Below, piece by piece: positions 12,651 to 22,823 of a stretch of 64,000 nucleotides of DNA. The DNA lies in assembly GCA_052388515.1 (NCBI GenBank), contig JBQTHZ010000070.1, positions 9,924 to 73,923 of the forward strand, in the 5' to 3' direction. Source of the DNA: Chloroflexota bacterium. GTDB lineage: Bacteria; Chloroflexota; Limnocylindria; QHBO01. The notes under the pieces are model-generated. The model searched no databases. It worked only from the letters and a program-made list of their open reading frames with translations, and had not been told where the DNA came from. The translations under genes and the position numbers were made by a program. The stretch's first letter is position 1, and each line of letters begins with the position of its first letter.

Positions 12651-13838
12651 GTGAGACGACAGGCCCAATACGCCGCCGGCGACGATACCGTGCCGTATGA
12701 CCGCGAGCTGATCCGCTCGGGCGGGGCGTCGCAGCGCAGCCATCGACGCCGGCAGGCGTCGTCCAGGCCACCACCCCGCCGGCGCGCGCCGAGGACGCAT
12801 GACCGGGGCTCGTTCGGACGCACGCTTCGCCGCGTCCTCCTGTTGGTGCTGCTGGTCGTGATCGTGGGCGTCGTGCTGCTCTTCCTGCGTGCCGCGACCT
12901 TCAATGCGGCCGTCTCGAGCGCAGCGTTCCCGTCGAGCGCCCTCCTGTGGGACCTCAACGGCAGCGAACGGGTGAACGTCCTGATGGTCGGCTACGGCGG
13001 CGGTGACCATGAAGGCGCCTACCTCGCCGATTCGATCCAGGTGCTCTCGATCGACCCGACCACCGACACGACCACCACGGTGCCGATCCCGCGCGACCTG
13101 TGGATCGAGGGGATCGGCGCGTTCAGCCAGAACGCCAAGGTGAACGAGGTCTACGCTGCGGGGCACGCATCCGCGGATGGGGAGGAGGCCGACCGGCTCG
13201 ACCGCGCCGGCGAGCTGATGGCCGAGGTCCTCACCGAGGTCACCGGCCTGGAGATCGACCACTGGCTGGCGATCGACTTCGCCGGATTTCGGGACATGGT
13301 CGACGCGGTCGGCGGCGTGACCGTCGAGAACCCGGTCGCGTTCGACTACACGACGATCGAGGATCTCCACGAAGCGGGTCGGTGGGACATGGGCGGCTTC
13401 CCGGCCGGCGAGATCCATCTGAATGGCGATGAGGCGCTCGCCTACGCACGAGCCCGATATACGAGCGTGGTCGGGGAGTCGACCGACTTCGCGCGCTCGG
13501 TGCGGCAGGCTCGCATCCTCGGCGCGCTGCGGGGAGAGCTGGGCAATGGCGGCATCGGCTCCATCCTGCCCGGCCTGGGGCTCATGGATGCCATGGAGCA
13601 ACGTGTCCGAACCGACCTATCGGCGATCGACCTCTTCCTCCTGTCGTCGCATCTGTCGAGCGATCGACGCGTCGAGCTCACCGAGGACGTGGCGCTCACC
13701 GCCACCACGAACACGATCGGCCAGTACATCTTGGTCCCGTCGGGTTGGGCCGGCGCGGGTGACTACGGGGGCCTCCAGCGCTATCTCGCGACCGAGCTGG
13801 CCGCAACCGTCGAGACCAGCGCGACCGATGCGCCGTAG
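12651..13838 (+). CDS. LytR-CpsA-Psr (LCP) family cell-envelope ligase
   Basis: The GTG at 12651 is preceded by GAGG. An alternative in-frame GTG is at 12690. Arg-rich N-terminus, a TM segment (VLLLVLLVVIVGVVLLFL) and LCP core motifs NVLMVGYGGGDHEGAYLADSIQVLSIDP and LNGDEALAYARARY. Confidence 0.8.
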   Translation: MRRQAQYAAGDDTVPYDRELIRSGGASQRSHRRRQASSRPPPRRRAPRTHDRGSFGRTLRRVLLLVLLVVIVGVVLLFLRAATFNAAVSSAAFPSSALLWDLNGSERVNVLMVGYGGGDHEGAYLADSIQVLSIDPTTDTTTTVPIPRDLWIEGIGAFSQNAKVNEVYAAGHASADGEEADRLDRAGELMAEVLTEVTGLEIDHWLAIDFAGFRDMVDAVGGVTVENPVAFDYTTIEDLHEAGRWDMGGFPAGEIHLNGDEALAYARARYTSVVGESTDFARSVRQARILGALRGELGNGGIGSILPGLGLMDAMEQRVRTDLSAIDLFLLSSHLSSDRRVELTEDVALTATTNTIGQYILVPSGWAGAGDYGGLQRYLATELAATVETSATDAP

Positions 13839-13851
13839 GCGGCGCCTGCGA

Positions 13852-14331
13852 ATGGTCGACGCTCCTCGCCTCCTCATCGGCGGCGCGGTCCAGTTCGCAT
13901 CCCTCTTCACTGGCAGATACCAGCGCAGCGAAGGCGCGCACGTGCTGGCCACCGATGACGATGGCCGCATCCTGGTGGTGCAGACGACCTACCTGGGCCC
14001 TGGCTGGATGCTGCCGGGCGGGCGGGTGGAGCGCTCGGAGTCGCCGCACGTCGCGGCGGCGCGCGAAACACGCGAGGAGACCGGCCTGCTCGTCGACATC
14101 GATCGGCTCGCGCTGCTCGACGCGCGGACCCCTTCGAGCGTGAGCTACGTCTTCCGCGGCACGGTGGTCGGTGGCGAGCTCGATCCGCAGTTCGGGGAGA
14201 TCGCCGAGGCGGGCTGGGCCGATCGGGATGAGATCGCGAAGACATCGGTGCCGCTCGCCCAGCTTCTCGAACTGATCGATGATGCGGGAGACGGCGTCGT
14301 CTACCTGGGGCTCCATCAGCGACGTCGTTGA
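13852..14331 (+). CDS. NUDIX hydrolase
   Basis: Nudix box GGRVERSESPHVAAARETREETGL. An alternative in-frame ATG at 13828 would overlap the LCP gene end. Confidence 0.8.
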   Translation: MVDAPRLLIGGAVQFASLFTGRYQRSEGAHVLATDDDGRILVVQTTYLGPGWMLPGGRVERSESPHVAAARETREETGLLVDIDRLALLDARTPSSVSYVFRGTVVGGELDPQFGEIAEAGWADRDEIAKTSVPLAQLLELIDDAGDGVVYLGLHQRRR

Positions 14332-14508
14332 TCGCCTCGGACTGACCGCCGGGCGGGGCTACCGTGCAACGAGGCCATCCGAGGAGCCAGCTCCGGCGCG
14401 ATGGACCCCGTGCTGCGGGCAGACGGCGACGCAGGGTCCGCTCGATGGTCGATAGCCCCGCGCGACGGGCGAGCAAGCCGCCCAGACGGCATGGTCGGCC
14501 GCGGAGCC

Positions 14509-14514
14509 TAGAAT
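14509..14514 (+). promoter_or_regulatory. candidate -10 hexamer TAGAAT for uvrC (leaderless-type)
   Basis: TAGAAT lies 6 nt upstream of the uvrC ATG with no SD. Confidence 0.4.
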
Positions 14515-14520
14515 CGAGGC

Positions 14521-16458
14521 ATGAGTCCTCAGCGCGCGCTCTCCGCATCGCTGCGCGCCAACCTGCGACGCCTGCCCACGACACCGGGCGTCTACCTCAT
14601 GAAGAACGCCGATGGGCGAGTGCTCTACGTCGGCAAGGCCGATGCCCTGCGCAATCGCGTTCGCTCGTACTTCACCGCGCGCGGACCGGAGGACGCGCGG
14701 ATCGTGCGCATGGTGACCGAGGTCGCCGACGTCGAGTACATCGTGCCAGAGACGGTCAGCGAGGCCTATCTCCTCGAGAGCAACCTGATCAAGGAGCATC
14801 GGCCGCGCTTCAACATCCGCCTGCGCGACGACAAGAGCTACCCGTTCGTGAAGATCACCCTGGGCGAGGACTTCCCGCGTATCGTGCGCACGCGAAGGCT
14901 GGTGCGCGACGGAAGCCGGTACTTCGGGCCGTACGCGAGCGCGTCGAGCGTGGACGAGACGCTCAAGCTGCTGCGCAAGATCTTCCCGTTCCGCACATGC
15001 AACCTCGACATCCCCGAGGGAAAGCGGGTGCTCGAGCGACCGTGCCTGCTCTACTACATCAACCGATGCCAGGGCCCGTGCATCGAGGCCATTCCGAAGC
15101 CGGACTACCGTGCCACGATCGGGCAGATCGTCGACTTCCTCGACGGCCGGCAGGAGCCGATCGCTGCGCAGCTGCGCCGCGAGATGAACGCCAACGCGGA
15201 AGCCCTGCGCTACGAGCAGGCCGCCGTCTCACGCGACAAGCTGCGCGCCGTCGAGCGCACGATGGAGCAGCAGAAGATGGCTGCCTTCAGCCGCGCCGAG
15301 CACGACGTCATCGGCATGGCGCGGGAGGACGACGATGCCTGCGTCCAGGTCATGCAGGTTCGCACCGGCAAGCTCATCGGCCGCGAGCACTTCATCGTCG
15401 AGGGTGCACGCGACGTTCCCGATGCCGAGGTGCTCGGCTCCTTCCTCCAGCAGTACTACGCCAGCACCGATGCCGTCCCGCGCGCGCTGCTCACCCCGCT
15501 GATGCCGGCCGAGGCGGACGACCTGGCCGCGTATCTGGCCGACCGTCGCGGCGTGCGCGTCACCATCACGGTGCCAGAGCGCGGCGAAAAGCGACGGCTC
15601 GTCGCCCTGGCGACCGGCAACGCGATCGAGGCGCTCGCGCGCGAACGCGCCGAGTGGATGGCCGACACCGCCAGGCGCGACGAGGCGCTCGTCGAACTGG
15701 CCTCCGCGCTGGGCCTCCCGCATCCGCCCGAGCGCATCGAGTGCTACGACATGAGCAACATCCAGGGAACGAGCGCCGTCGGCAGCATGGTCGTCTTCCT
15801 CGACGGGCGGCCGGAGCCGAAGGAGTACCGACGCTTCCGGATCCGTTCCGGCGACACGCCCGATGACTTCCGGATGATGGCCGAGGTGCTGCGCCGCCGA
15901 TTCAGCCGGGTGGCCAGGCTGCGCTCAGAGACCGGCGCGCTCTCCCTCGACGCGGTCGGCGCGGACGAGGTCCCGGAGGAGGATGCCGACCGGCCCAGGG
16001 AAGCCGGCTGGGCGGTGCCCGACCTCGTGATCGTGGATGGCGGGAAAGGGCAGCTTTCGGCGGCGGTCGGGGTCATGAACGAGCTCGCCATCACCGACGT
16101 GCCGCTGGCGGGCCTGGCGAAGCGCTTCGAAGAGCTCCACGTCCCGGACCAGTCGGCGCCGGTCGTGCTGCCCCGTCGCTCACAGGCGCTCTACCTCGTG
16201 CAGCGCATCCGCGACGAGGCGCATCGGTTCGCCATCACGTATCACCGCGACGTGCGTGGCAAGCGCGCGCTGCGCAGCGAGCTCGACGACGTCGCCGGCA
16301 TCGGTCCGGGCCGCAAGAAGGCACTGCTCAAGCGATTCGGGTCGGTGCGGCGCATCCGGGAGGCGTCGCTGGACGAGGTGGCGGAGACGCCGGGCATCAG
16401 CCGTGACCTCGCAGAGCGCCTCAAGGCCCGGCTCGCTCGCGAGGGGATGCTGGCATGA
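14521..16458 (+). CDS. uvrC: excinuclease ABC subunit C (UvrC)
   Basis: 645 aa with a GIY-YIG N-terminus (GVYLMKNADGRVLYVGKA), a UvrBC-interaction region and C-terminal HhH (IAGIGPGRKKALLKRFGS). Confidence 0.97.
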   Translation: MSPQRALSASLRANLRRLPTTPGVYLMKNADGRVLYVGKADALRNRVRSYFTARGPEDARIVRMVTEVADVEYIVPETVSEAYLLESNLIKEHRPRFNIRLRDDKSYPFVKITLGEDFPRIVRTRRLVRDGSRYFGPYASASSVDETLKLLRKIFPFRTCNLDIPEGKRVLERPCLLYYINRCQGPCIEAIPKPDYRATIGQIVDFLDGRQEPIAAQLRREMNANAEALRYEQAAVSRDKLRAVERTMEQQKMAAFSRAEHDVIGMAREDDDACVQVMQVRTGKLIGREHFIVEGARDVPDAEVLGSFLQQYYASTDAVPRALLTPLMPAEADDLAAYLADRRGVRVTITVPERGEKRRLVALATGNAIEALARERAEWMADTARRDEALVELASALGLPHPPERIECYDMSNIQGTSAVGSMVVFLDGRPEPKEYRRFRIRSGDTPDDFRMMAEVLRRRFSRVARLRSETGALSLDAVGADEVPEEDADRPREAGWAVPDLVIVDGGKGQLSAAVGVMNELAITDVPLAGLAKRFEELHVPDQSAPVVLPRRSQALYLVQRIRDEAHRFAITYHRDVRGKRALRSELDDVAGIGPGRKKALLKRFGSVRRIREASLDEVAETPGISRDLAERLKARLAREGMLA

Positions 16459-16695
16459 GGCCGTCCGGCGCCGGGACGTTGGCGTCGCGTCGAGTCGTCA
16501 CCGGCTCGTTCTGACGACCGTAGGGACCGGGGGCCGAGCGTGGCGATGCTGCGGCATAGGTTTGCGGTTGTTTTCCGAGCGAGCCTGGGCCTCCGAGTCG
16601 GCCAGCGTCGTCAGGATGGACCAATGGCGAGTGCGTGAATGCGCTGGCCAGCCCACGGAGGCATGCAGACGAGGTCGGCTATACTCATCGTCGCC

Positions 16696-16723
16696 CGCCG
16701 CTGGTGAAGCGGCGTGTTTCGTG
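16696..16723 (+). terminator. attenuator/terminator-like hairpin in the secD leader
   Basis: CGCCGCT-GGTGA-AGCGGCG followed by TGTTTCGTG. It lies between a TATACT box (16680-16685) and the secD ATG. Confidence 0.3.
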
Positions 16724-16782
16724 TCCGAGGCATCCCGCGCCCGCACGAGATTCCGCACGATCTGAGGACGCACCGCCGCAGC

Positions 16783-18117
16783 ATGACCTGGCGCCGCATC
16801 GCCCCGTGGACCATCGGGGTCATCGCCCTCGTGGCGATCTTCATCGACCTCCCGCGCACGACGCTCGGCCTCGCCTGGCTGCCCGACGAGGTCGGCGGGG
16901 TCGAGTTCCGCACCGTGCTCGGTCTCGATCTCCAGGGCGGGCAGCGCGTCACGCTCGAGGTCCAGCCGCAGAGCGAGACCGAGATCACCGACGAGGACGT
17001 TGAGGTGGCGCGCGACACGATCGAGCGCCGCGTGGCCGGCATCGGTGTCAGCGAACCCCAGGTGCGCACCGAGACCGCCGGCGATGGATCCCGGCGCATC
17101 GTGGTCGAGGTGCCGGGCGTCAGCGACCCGCGCCAGGTTCGCGACCTGGTGGGGTCAACCGGGCAGCTCCAGTTCATCGACCCCATGGGCCAGCAACTGA
17201 CGGATGACCAGGACATCGGACCGCTCCTCGAGCAGGGCGCCGTCCGCGAGATCTTCAACGGCGGCGAGATCGTGACGGGAAGCGTGGCCCCCGATGTCGG
17301 TTCGGGCAACCAGATCGGCGTCTCGTTCAACCTCTCGGACCGCGGGAGCGATGTCTGGTGCCAGTTCACGACGGCCAACACCGGCCGTCCTGGGCCGATC
17401 GCGCTCGACGGCAGGGTGATCACCACGCCGAACATCCAGCAGCCGATCTGCGGCGGGACGACGATCATCACGGTCGGGACGGCGACCCCGGAGAACGAGA
17501 CCGAGCGGACGAACCTCTACAACACGCTCCGCTTCGGCGCGCTGCCGGTGTCGCTCACCGAGATCGGCTTTGACGACGTCGATCCGACCCTCGGGGCGGA
17601 CTTCCTCGTCCAGGCCCTCATCGCCGGTGCCGTCGGACTCCTGCTCGTCATGCTCTTCATGATCGCCTACTATCGGCTGCCCGGCCTGCTCGCCGCGCTC
17701 GCGCTCGTCTTCTACGCCCTCGTCACCTACGCCATCTTCCGCATCATCGGCGTGACGCTCACGCTCGCCGGCGTGGCCGCTTTCATCCTCAGCGTCGGCA
17801 TGGCGGTCGACGCCAACATCCTCATCTTCGAGCGCATGAAGGAGGAGATCCGCGCCGGCAAGACGCTCGGACCGGCGATCGAGGCCGGATTCAATCGCGC
17901 CTGGTCGAGCATCCTCGACTCGAACGTGGCCTCGCTGCTGGTGGCCGGCTGGCTGTACTGGCAGGGAACGACCGTCGTGCGCGGTTTCGCCCTCGTCCTC
18001 ATTCTCGGCGTGCTGGTCAGCATGTTCAGCGCGGTCACCGTGACCCGGACGCTGCTCCGATTCGTCACTCGCACCAGCTGGGGCCGCCGGCTGGAGCTCT
18101 ACCACGTGGAGCGCTGA
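16783..18117 (+). CDS. secD: protein translocase subunit SecD
   Basis: Start MTWRRIAPWTIGVIALVAIF, LGLDLQGGQRVTLEV motif and a C-terminal 6-TM block. An upstream GTG at 16714 is possible but less likely. Confidence 0.9.
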   Translation: MTWRRIAPWTIGVIALVAIFIDLPRTTLGLAWLPDEVGGVEFRTVLGLDLQGGQRVTLEVQPQSETEITDEDVEVARDTIERRVAGIGVSEPQVRTETAGDGSRRIVVEVPGVSDPRQVRDLVGSTGQLQFIDPMGQQLTDDQDIGPLLEQGAVREIFNGGEIVTGSVAPDVGSGNQIGVSFNLSDRGSDVWCQFTTANTGRPGPIALDGRVITTPNIQQPICGGTTIITVGTATPENETERTNLYNTLRFGALPVSLTEIGFDDVDPTLGADFLVQALIAGAVGLLLVMLFMIAYYRLPGLLAALALVFYALVTYAIFRIIGVTLTLAGVAAFILSVGMAVDANILIFERMKEEIRAGKTLGPAIEAGFNRAWSSILDSNVASLLVAGWLYWQGTTVVRGFALVLILGVLVSMFSAVTVTRTLLRFVTRTSWGRRLELYHVER

Positions 18118-18121
18118 CCCC

Positions 18122-19189
18122 ATGTACGACATCGTCGGCAAGCGCAACCTGTGGTTCGTGATCAGCGCGATCCTCACCATTCCCGGCCTGCTCTTCATCA
18201 TCCTGGGCGGCCTCCGCCCCTCGATCGACTTCACCGGCGGTACCGAGTGGGAGGTCCGCTACGCGGATGAGCCGACCGCGGCGGAGATGTCTGCCACGCT
18301 CGCGGACCTCGACTACGAGGACGCCCTCGTCACGCAGCTTTCCGAGGGTTTCCTGCGGATCCGCACCGACCCGATCGACCTCACCCCCGCCGAGACGCCG
18401 GCACCGTCAGCGTCGTCATCGGCGTCGCCCTCAGTGCAGGCGTCGGGCTCCGCGGTCCCATCGGCATCGGCCTCGATCGAGCCGTCCGCCGAGCCTTCGG
18501 GCAGCGTCGCACCACCGGCGAGCGCATCGGCAGAGCCATCGCCGGCGCCGATCGCCGAGGGGACCGAGTTCGCCGACCTCGAGGGTCAGCTGGAGGAAGT
18601 GTTCGGCCCCGGCGAGCCGCGCAGCCTTCGGACCGTCGGACCGATCATCGGCGCCGATCTCATCCGCAGCTCGGCGATCCTCATCATCATCGGCGAGCTC
18701 TTCCTCCTCGGCTATCTGTGGATGCGCTTCGGCTTCCGCTTCGGTACCGCCGCGATCGTGGCGTTGCTCCACGACGTGATCCTGGTGGTCGGGACATTCG
18801 CGATCCTCGGCTTCCTGTTCAACGTGGAGTTCGACGCGCTCTTCGTGACCGCCCTGCTCACGATCATCGCGTTCAGCGTGCATGACACGATCGTCGTCTT
18901 CGACCGGATCCGCGAGAACCGGATCCGCCACGCCGGCGAGTCGTTCGGGGCGATCGTGAACCACTCCATCCTGCAGACGATGAGCCGCTCGATCATCACA
19001 TCGATCACCGTGGCGGTGACGCTCGGCGCGCTCGTCCTGCTCGGCCCTCCGACCATCCGGACATTCGGTCTCGCCCTGTTGCTCGGCGTCGTGAGCGGCA
19101 CCTACTCGTCGATCTTCAATGCGGCCCAGATCCTGGTCGCCTGGAACGAATGGGACGCCAAGCGCAGGGGCCGCCCGGCTCGCGCCTGA
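18122..19189 (+). CDS. secF: protein translocase subunit SecF (with Pro/Ala/Ser-rich insert)
   Basis: IDFTGGTEWEV motif and a C-terminal TM block. Low-complexity insert at about aa 88-145. Confidence 0.9.
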   Translation: MYDIVGKRNLWFVISAILTIPGLLFIILGGLRPSIDFTGGTEWEVRYADEPTAAEMSATLADLDYEDALVTQLSEGFLRIRTDPIDLTPAETPAPSASSSASPSVQASGSAVPSASASIEPSAEPSGSVAPPASASAEPSPAPIAEGTEFADLEGQLEEVFGPGEPRSLRTVGPIIGADLIRSSAILIIIGELFLLGYLWMRFGFRFGTAAIVALLHDVILVVGTFAILGFLFNVEFDALFVTALLTIIAFSVHDTIVVFDRIRENRIRHAGESFGAIVNHSILQTMSRSIITSITVAVTLGALVLLGPPTIRTFGLALLLGVVSGTYSSIFNAAQILVAWNEWDAKRRGRPARA

Positions 19190-19245
19190 CGCCCGCGTAA
19201 CGGAACCGTAAGCGGCGGGTAAGCGGGCACGGCTACCATGGCGTC

Positions 19246-20994
19246 GTGATCGCTCCGCGCCTGGAATGGCTGCTCCCGGAACCCCTGGCGGAGCCTCCCG
19301 CGTTCGCCGGCTTCGGACGCCCGGTCTCGACGCTCCTCGCTCGCCGCGGATTCATGGACGATACGGGCCTCCGGGCCTTCCTCCAGGCAGGCGGCGGTGC
19401 GCTCCATGACCTGTCACGCATGGCCGATGCGGAACGCGCGCTCGATCGGATCGATGCGGCCCTGGCCTCCGGCGAGCGCATCGCGATCTGGGGGGATTAC
19501 GACGCCGATGGAATGACCGCCATCGTGGTGTGGGTCACGGCGCTGCGCCGGCTCGGTGCCGACCCGACGCGGTACGTTCCGTCGCGCCTCGCCGAGGGCT
19601 ACGGGCTCTCGGAGAGCGGTCTCCGCCGGCTGGCGGATGCGGGCGTGCGCCTGGTGATCACCTGCGACTGTGGCGTGAGCAACGGCGCGGAGGTGGAGGT
19701 TGCCCGGGCGCTCGGCCTCGACGTCGTCATCACTGACCATCACCTCCCCCCACCAGTCCTGCCCCGCGCGGTGGCCGTGGTCGATCCGCATCGGCCCGAC
19801 TGCGCGTATCCGGACCCCGACCTCACCGGCGCCGGCCTCTCCTACAAGCTCGCTGCGGCGCTGCTCGCGCGCCACCAGGTCTCGACCGAGGGACTTGCGG
19901 CGATCGCGGCGATCGGGACGGTGGCCGACATGGCGCCGATGACCGGCGAGAGCCGTGCGATCGTCAGGCTCGGCCTCGACGAGCTGGCACGCACGTCGCA
20001 TCCGGGGCTGCGCGCGCTCCTGGCTCGCTCGTGCGAGTCGCCTGGTCAACCGACCGCTCGCGACCTGGGCTTCGGCGTCATTCCACGCATCAATGCCGCC
20101 GGACGGATCGCCGATGCCGAGCTCGCCATGTCGCTGCTGCTCGAGGACGATGCGGTCCGCGCCGAGGCGCTGGCCGACGAGCTCGAGCTCGTCCACGTTC
20201 GACGACGAGAGATGACGACGGCGGCAATCGACACCGCGCGGGCGCTGGCCGAGGCGCGGCCCGGAACGGCCCCACTCGTCGTCCGCGACGACGCGTGGGC
20301 ACCCGGACTGCTCGGGCTGGTGGCCGGACGGCTTGCCGACGAGCTGGCACGACCGGTGGTGGCGGCGGCGCTGGTCGGCGACGAGGTGCGTGGCTCGGTG
20401 CGCGCGCCGGTCGACTTTCACGTCGGCGCCGCGCTCGAGGCATGCGGCGTGCACCTGACCAAGCGCGGCGGCCACGCAGCGGCGGGCGGGTTCAGCCTGC
20501 TCCCATCCGCGTGGACGGCATTCGAGGGAGCGTTCGGTGCGCTGCTCCGTCCACTGGGAGCAGGTGCCGGAGCGCAGATCCAGCGACCCGGGCGGCAGGT
20601 CGTCGACCTCGTCTTGCCGGCGCGATACCTCGGATGGGAGCTGGCGGATGAGCTGGGGCGGCTCGCACCATACGGCCCGGGCCACCTCGAGCCCGTGCTC
20701 GCGGTCACCGGCCTGCGGGTCGGCAGCGTGCGCCGGGTTGGTGCGCGAGAAGCACATCTCTCCTTCCGGATGCTGCGTGGCGTCGAGACGATCGATGCGA
20801 TCGCGTTCGGGATGGAGATCGACCGAGCCGTCCCGGAGGAGGGAGCCGCCGTGGATCTCGTCGGCACGCTCGAGCGCGATACGTTCGGTGGCATGGCGCG
20901 GCTGCGGCTCCGGGTGATCGACTATGCAGGGGCGGCGTCGTCGCCCCTGCTGGCGCGACGCGCGCCCCCGGCCGAGCTGGCGCGCGCGGGGTGA
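19246..20994 (+). CDS. recJ: single-stranded-DNA-specific exonuclease RecJ
   Basis: DHH motifs IWGDYDADGMTA and VITDHH, then a DHHA1 region. A TACCAT box lies 6 nt upstream of the GTG start. Confidence 0.92.
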   Translation: MIAPRLEWLLPEPLAEPPAFAGFGRPVSTLLARRGFMDDTGLRAFLQAGGGALHDLSRMADAERALDRIDAALASGERIAIWGDYDADGMTAIVVWVTALRRLGADPTRYVPSRLAEGYGLSESGLRRLADAGVRLVITCDCGVSNGAEVEVARALGLDVVITDHHLPPPVLPRAVAVVDPHRPDCAYPDPDLTGAGLSYKLAAALLARHQVSTEGLAAIAAIGTVADMAPMTGESRAIVRLGLDELARTSHPGLRALLARSCESPGQPTARDLGFGVIPRINAAGRIADAELAMSLLLEDDAVRAEALADELELVHVRRREMTTAAIDTARALAEARPGTAPLVVRDDAWAPGLLGLVAGRLADELARPVVAAALVGDEVRGSVRAPVDFHVGAALEACGVHLTKRGGHAAAGGFSLLPSAWTAFEGAFGALLRPLGAGAGAQIQRPGRQVVDLVLPARYLGWELADELGRLAPYGPGHLEPVLAVTGLRVGSVRRVGAREAHLSFRMLRGVETIDAIAFGMEIDRAVPEEGAAVDLVGTLERDTFGGMARLRLRVIDYAGAASSPLLARRAPPAELARAG

Positions 20995-21845
20995 TCGCGC
21001 CACTGGATCGGCTCCGCGCCAGGCGGCTGGCGCTTGGGGCACCGCTCTGCCTTGGCATCGATCCGCACCCCGACCAGCTACCGGACGGGATCCCGTCGAC
21101 CGTCGGCGGCGTGGAGTCCTTCGCGCGCGGCGTCCTCGAGGCGGCCGCGACCCACGCCGTTGCGGTCAAGATCAACGTCGCCTTCTTCGAAGCCCTCGGC
21201 AGCGCGGGGTGGTCGGCGCTGGAGCGGGTCCGCAGCGACGTTCCGAGCGACGTGCTCTGCATCCTAGACGCGAAGCGCGGCGACATCGGCTCAACGGCGG
21301 AGCGCTACGCCGCCGGCCTGTTCGGTCATCTCGACGCGGACGCCGTCACGCTCTCGCCCTACCTCGGCGAGGACGCCATCACCCCCTTCCTCGACTACCC
21401 GGAGCGTCTCGTCTACCTGCTGGCACGGACGAGCAACCCATCGGCGGCGCGGCTCCAGGACGTGATCACAGAAGGCGAGCCGCTCCACCTGCGGGTGGCG
21501 CGGTGGGCGGCGGCGACCTGGGATGACGGTCGCGTCGGCCTGGTGGTGGGTTCGACGGCACCCGGCGAGCTCGTCCATCTGCGCGGCAGCGTGCCGGGTC
21601 CGGCCTTCCTGGTTCCCGGCGTCGGGGCGCAGGGCGGTGAGCTCGTGGCGTCGGCGCGGGCGTGCGACGGTGCCTGGGCACCGGGGGTCGTGTCGGTGTC
21701 CCGCGGGATCGCGGGCGCGTCACGCGGTGCCGATTGGCGTCAGGCCGCCGCTCGAGCGGCAGAGGGGCTGGGCGCCCAGATGCGGGAGGCGGTGCTACAC
21801 TCGGAGGCCACTGCTGTCCGGCCCACCACGGAGGTTCGCGACTAG
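20991..21845 (+). CDS. pyrF: orotidine 5'-phosphate decarboxylase (type 2)
   Basis: GTGA overlap with the recJ stop. Motifs LCLGIDPHPD and LDAKRGDIGST. Confidence 0.9.
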   Translation: MIAPLDRLRARRLALGAPLCLGIDPHPDQLPDGIPSTVGGVESFARGVLEAAATHAVAVKINVAFFEALGSAGWSALERVRSDVPSDVLCILDAKRGDIGSTAERYAAGLFGHLDADAVTLSPYLGEDAITPFLDYPERLVYLLARTSNPSAARLQDVITEGEPLHLRVARWAAATWDDGRVGLVVGSTAPGELVHLRGSVPGPAFLVPGVGAQGGELVASARACDGAWAPGVVSVSRGIAGASRGADWRQAAARAAEGLGAQMREAVLHSEATAVRPTTEVRD

Positions 21846-22061
21846 ATGCCGATTCCCGGCCCGATGGAGCTCATCCTGCTGCTGGTGATCGTCCTGATCA
21901 TCTTCGGCCCCGGCAAGCTGCCTGACATCGGCAACGCGGTCGGAAAGGGGATCCGTGAGTTCCGCAAGGCGTCGAACGAGCTCGAGGAGTCCGTGCGCGG
22001 GGAGCCGAAACAGACTTCATCGTCGGACGACCGCTCGGCCAGCGAGACGACCAAGCACTGA
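21846..22061 (+). CDS. tatA: twin-arginine translocase subunit TatA/E
   Basis: 71 aa with a TM helix plus the hinge [12 protein letters not shown] and an amphipathic helix. Starts immediately after the pyrF TAG. Confidence 0.9.
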   Translation: MPIPGPMELILLLVIVLIIFGPGKLPDIGNAVGKGIREFRKASNELEESVRGEPKQTSSSDDRSASETTKH

Positions 22062-22088
22062 GGCCATCCGCCTCTGGCGCCGCGCGGC

Positions 22089-22823
22089 GTGCCGACCGTG
22101 ACGTCTGAGACGCCCGCGCCCGACGACGCGACGATGAGCCTTCTCGGGCATCTCGAGGAGCTGCGCAGCCGCATCATCGTGATCGCCATCACGATCGTGC
22201 TGGCCGGCATCGTGGGTTTCTTCCTTTCCGAGCCGATCATCGGGATCCTTCGCGCCGCGTTGCCCGAAGGCAAGCAGACCCTGATCCAGATCAGCGTGGG
22301 GGAGTCGCTGGCCGTACGCCTGCGCGTGGCGCTGTACGTCGGGCTCGCGTTCTCGGTGCCGGTCATCCTCTACGAGGTCTGGCGCTTCGTGACGCCAGGC
22401 CTGACGAAGCGGGAGCGACGGCTGATCTGGCCGCTGCTGATCGTTGCCGTGCTGCTCTTCGTCCTCGGACTCGGGCTCGGCTACTTCGTCCTCCCGTTCG
22501 CGCTCGACTTCCTCCTGTCGCTCACCCTGCCGGGCGTCGAGGACCAGCTCAGGCTGAGCGAGTACGTCTCATTCGTCTCGACCGTCATGCTCGCATCCGG
22601 GCTCGCATTCCAGTTCCCGGTCCTCCTGCTCCTCCTCGCGCGGGTGGGGATTCTCAACTACCGCTTCCTATCCTCGCGTCGCCGTTGGGCCATCCTGCTG
22701 ATCGTCCTGTTCGCGATCGTGGCCACCCCCGGGGGCGATCCCCTGAGCTCGATCATCCTCTCGCTCGTCATGTACGCCCTGTTCGAAGGCACGCTGCAGC
22801 TGATTCGCCGGGTGCGCCCGTGA
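22089..22823 (+). CDS. tatC: twin-arginine translocase subunit TatC
   Basis: LLGHLEELRSRII N-terminal motif and 6 TM segments. Confidence 0.92.
   Translation: MPTVTSETPAPDDATMSLLGHLEELRSRIIVIAITIVLAGIVGFFLSEPIIGILRAALPEGKQTLIQISVGESLAVRLRVALYVGLAFSVPVILYEVWRFVTPGLTKRERRLIWPLLIVAVLLFVLGLGLGYFVLPFALDFLLSLTLPGVEDQLRLSEYVSFVSTVMLASGLAFQFPVLLLLLARVGILNYRFLSSRRRWAILLIVLFAIVATPGGDPLSSIILSLVMYALFEGTLQLIRRVRP

Noticed and set aside
16459-16782. Housekeeping RNAs (RNase P, tmRNA, SRP/4.5S, 6S) in the long spacers at 16.5, 41.7 and 7.1 kb
   Set aside because: I could not find the hallmark strings, such as GGAAAGTCC of the RNase P P4 region or a tRNA-like tmRNA 3' end. A covariance-model scan would be needed to exclude them fully.
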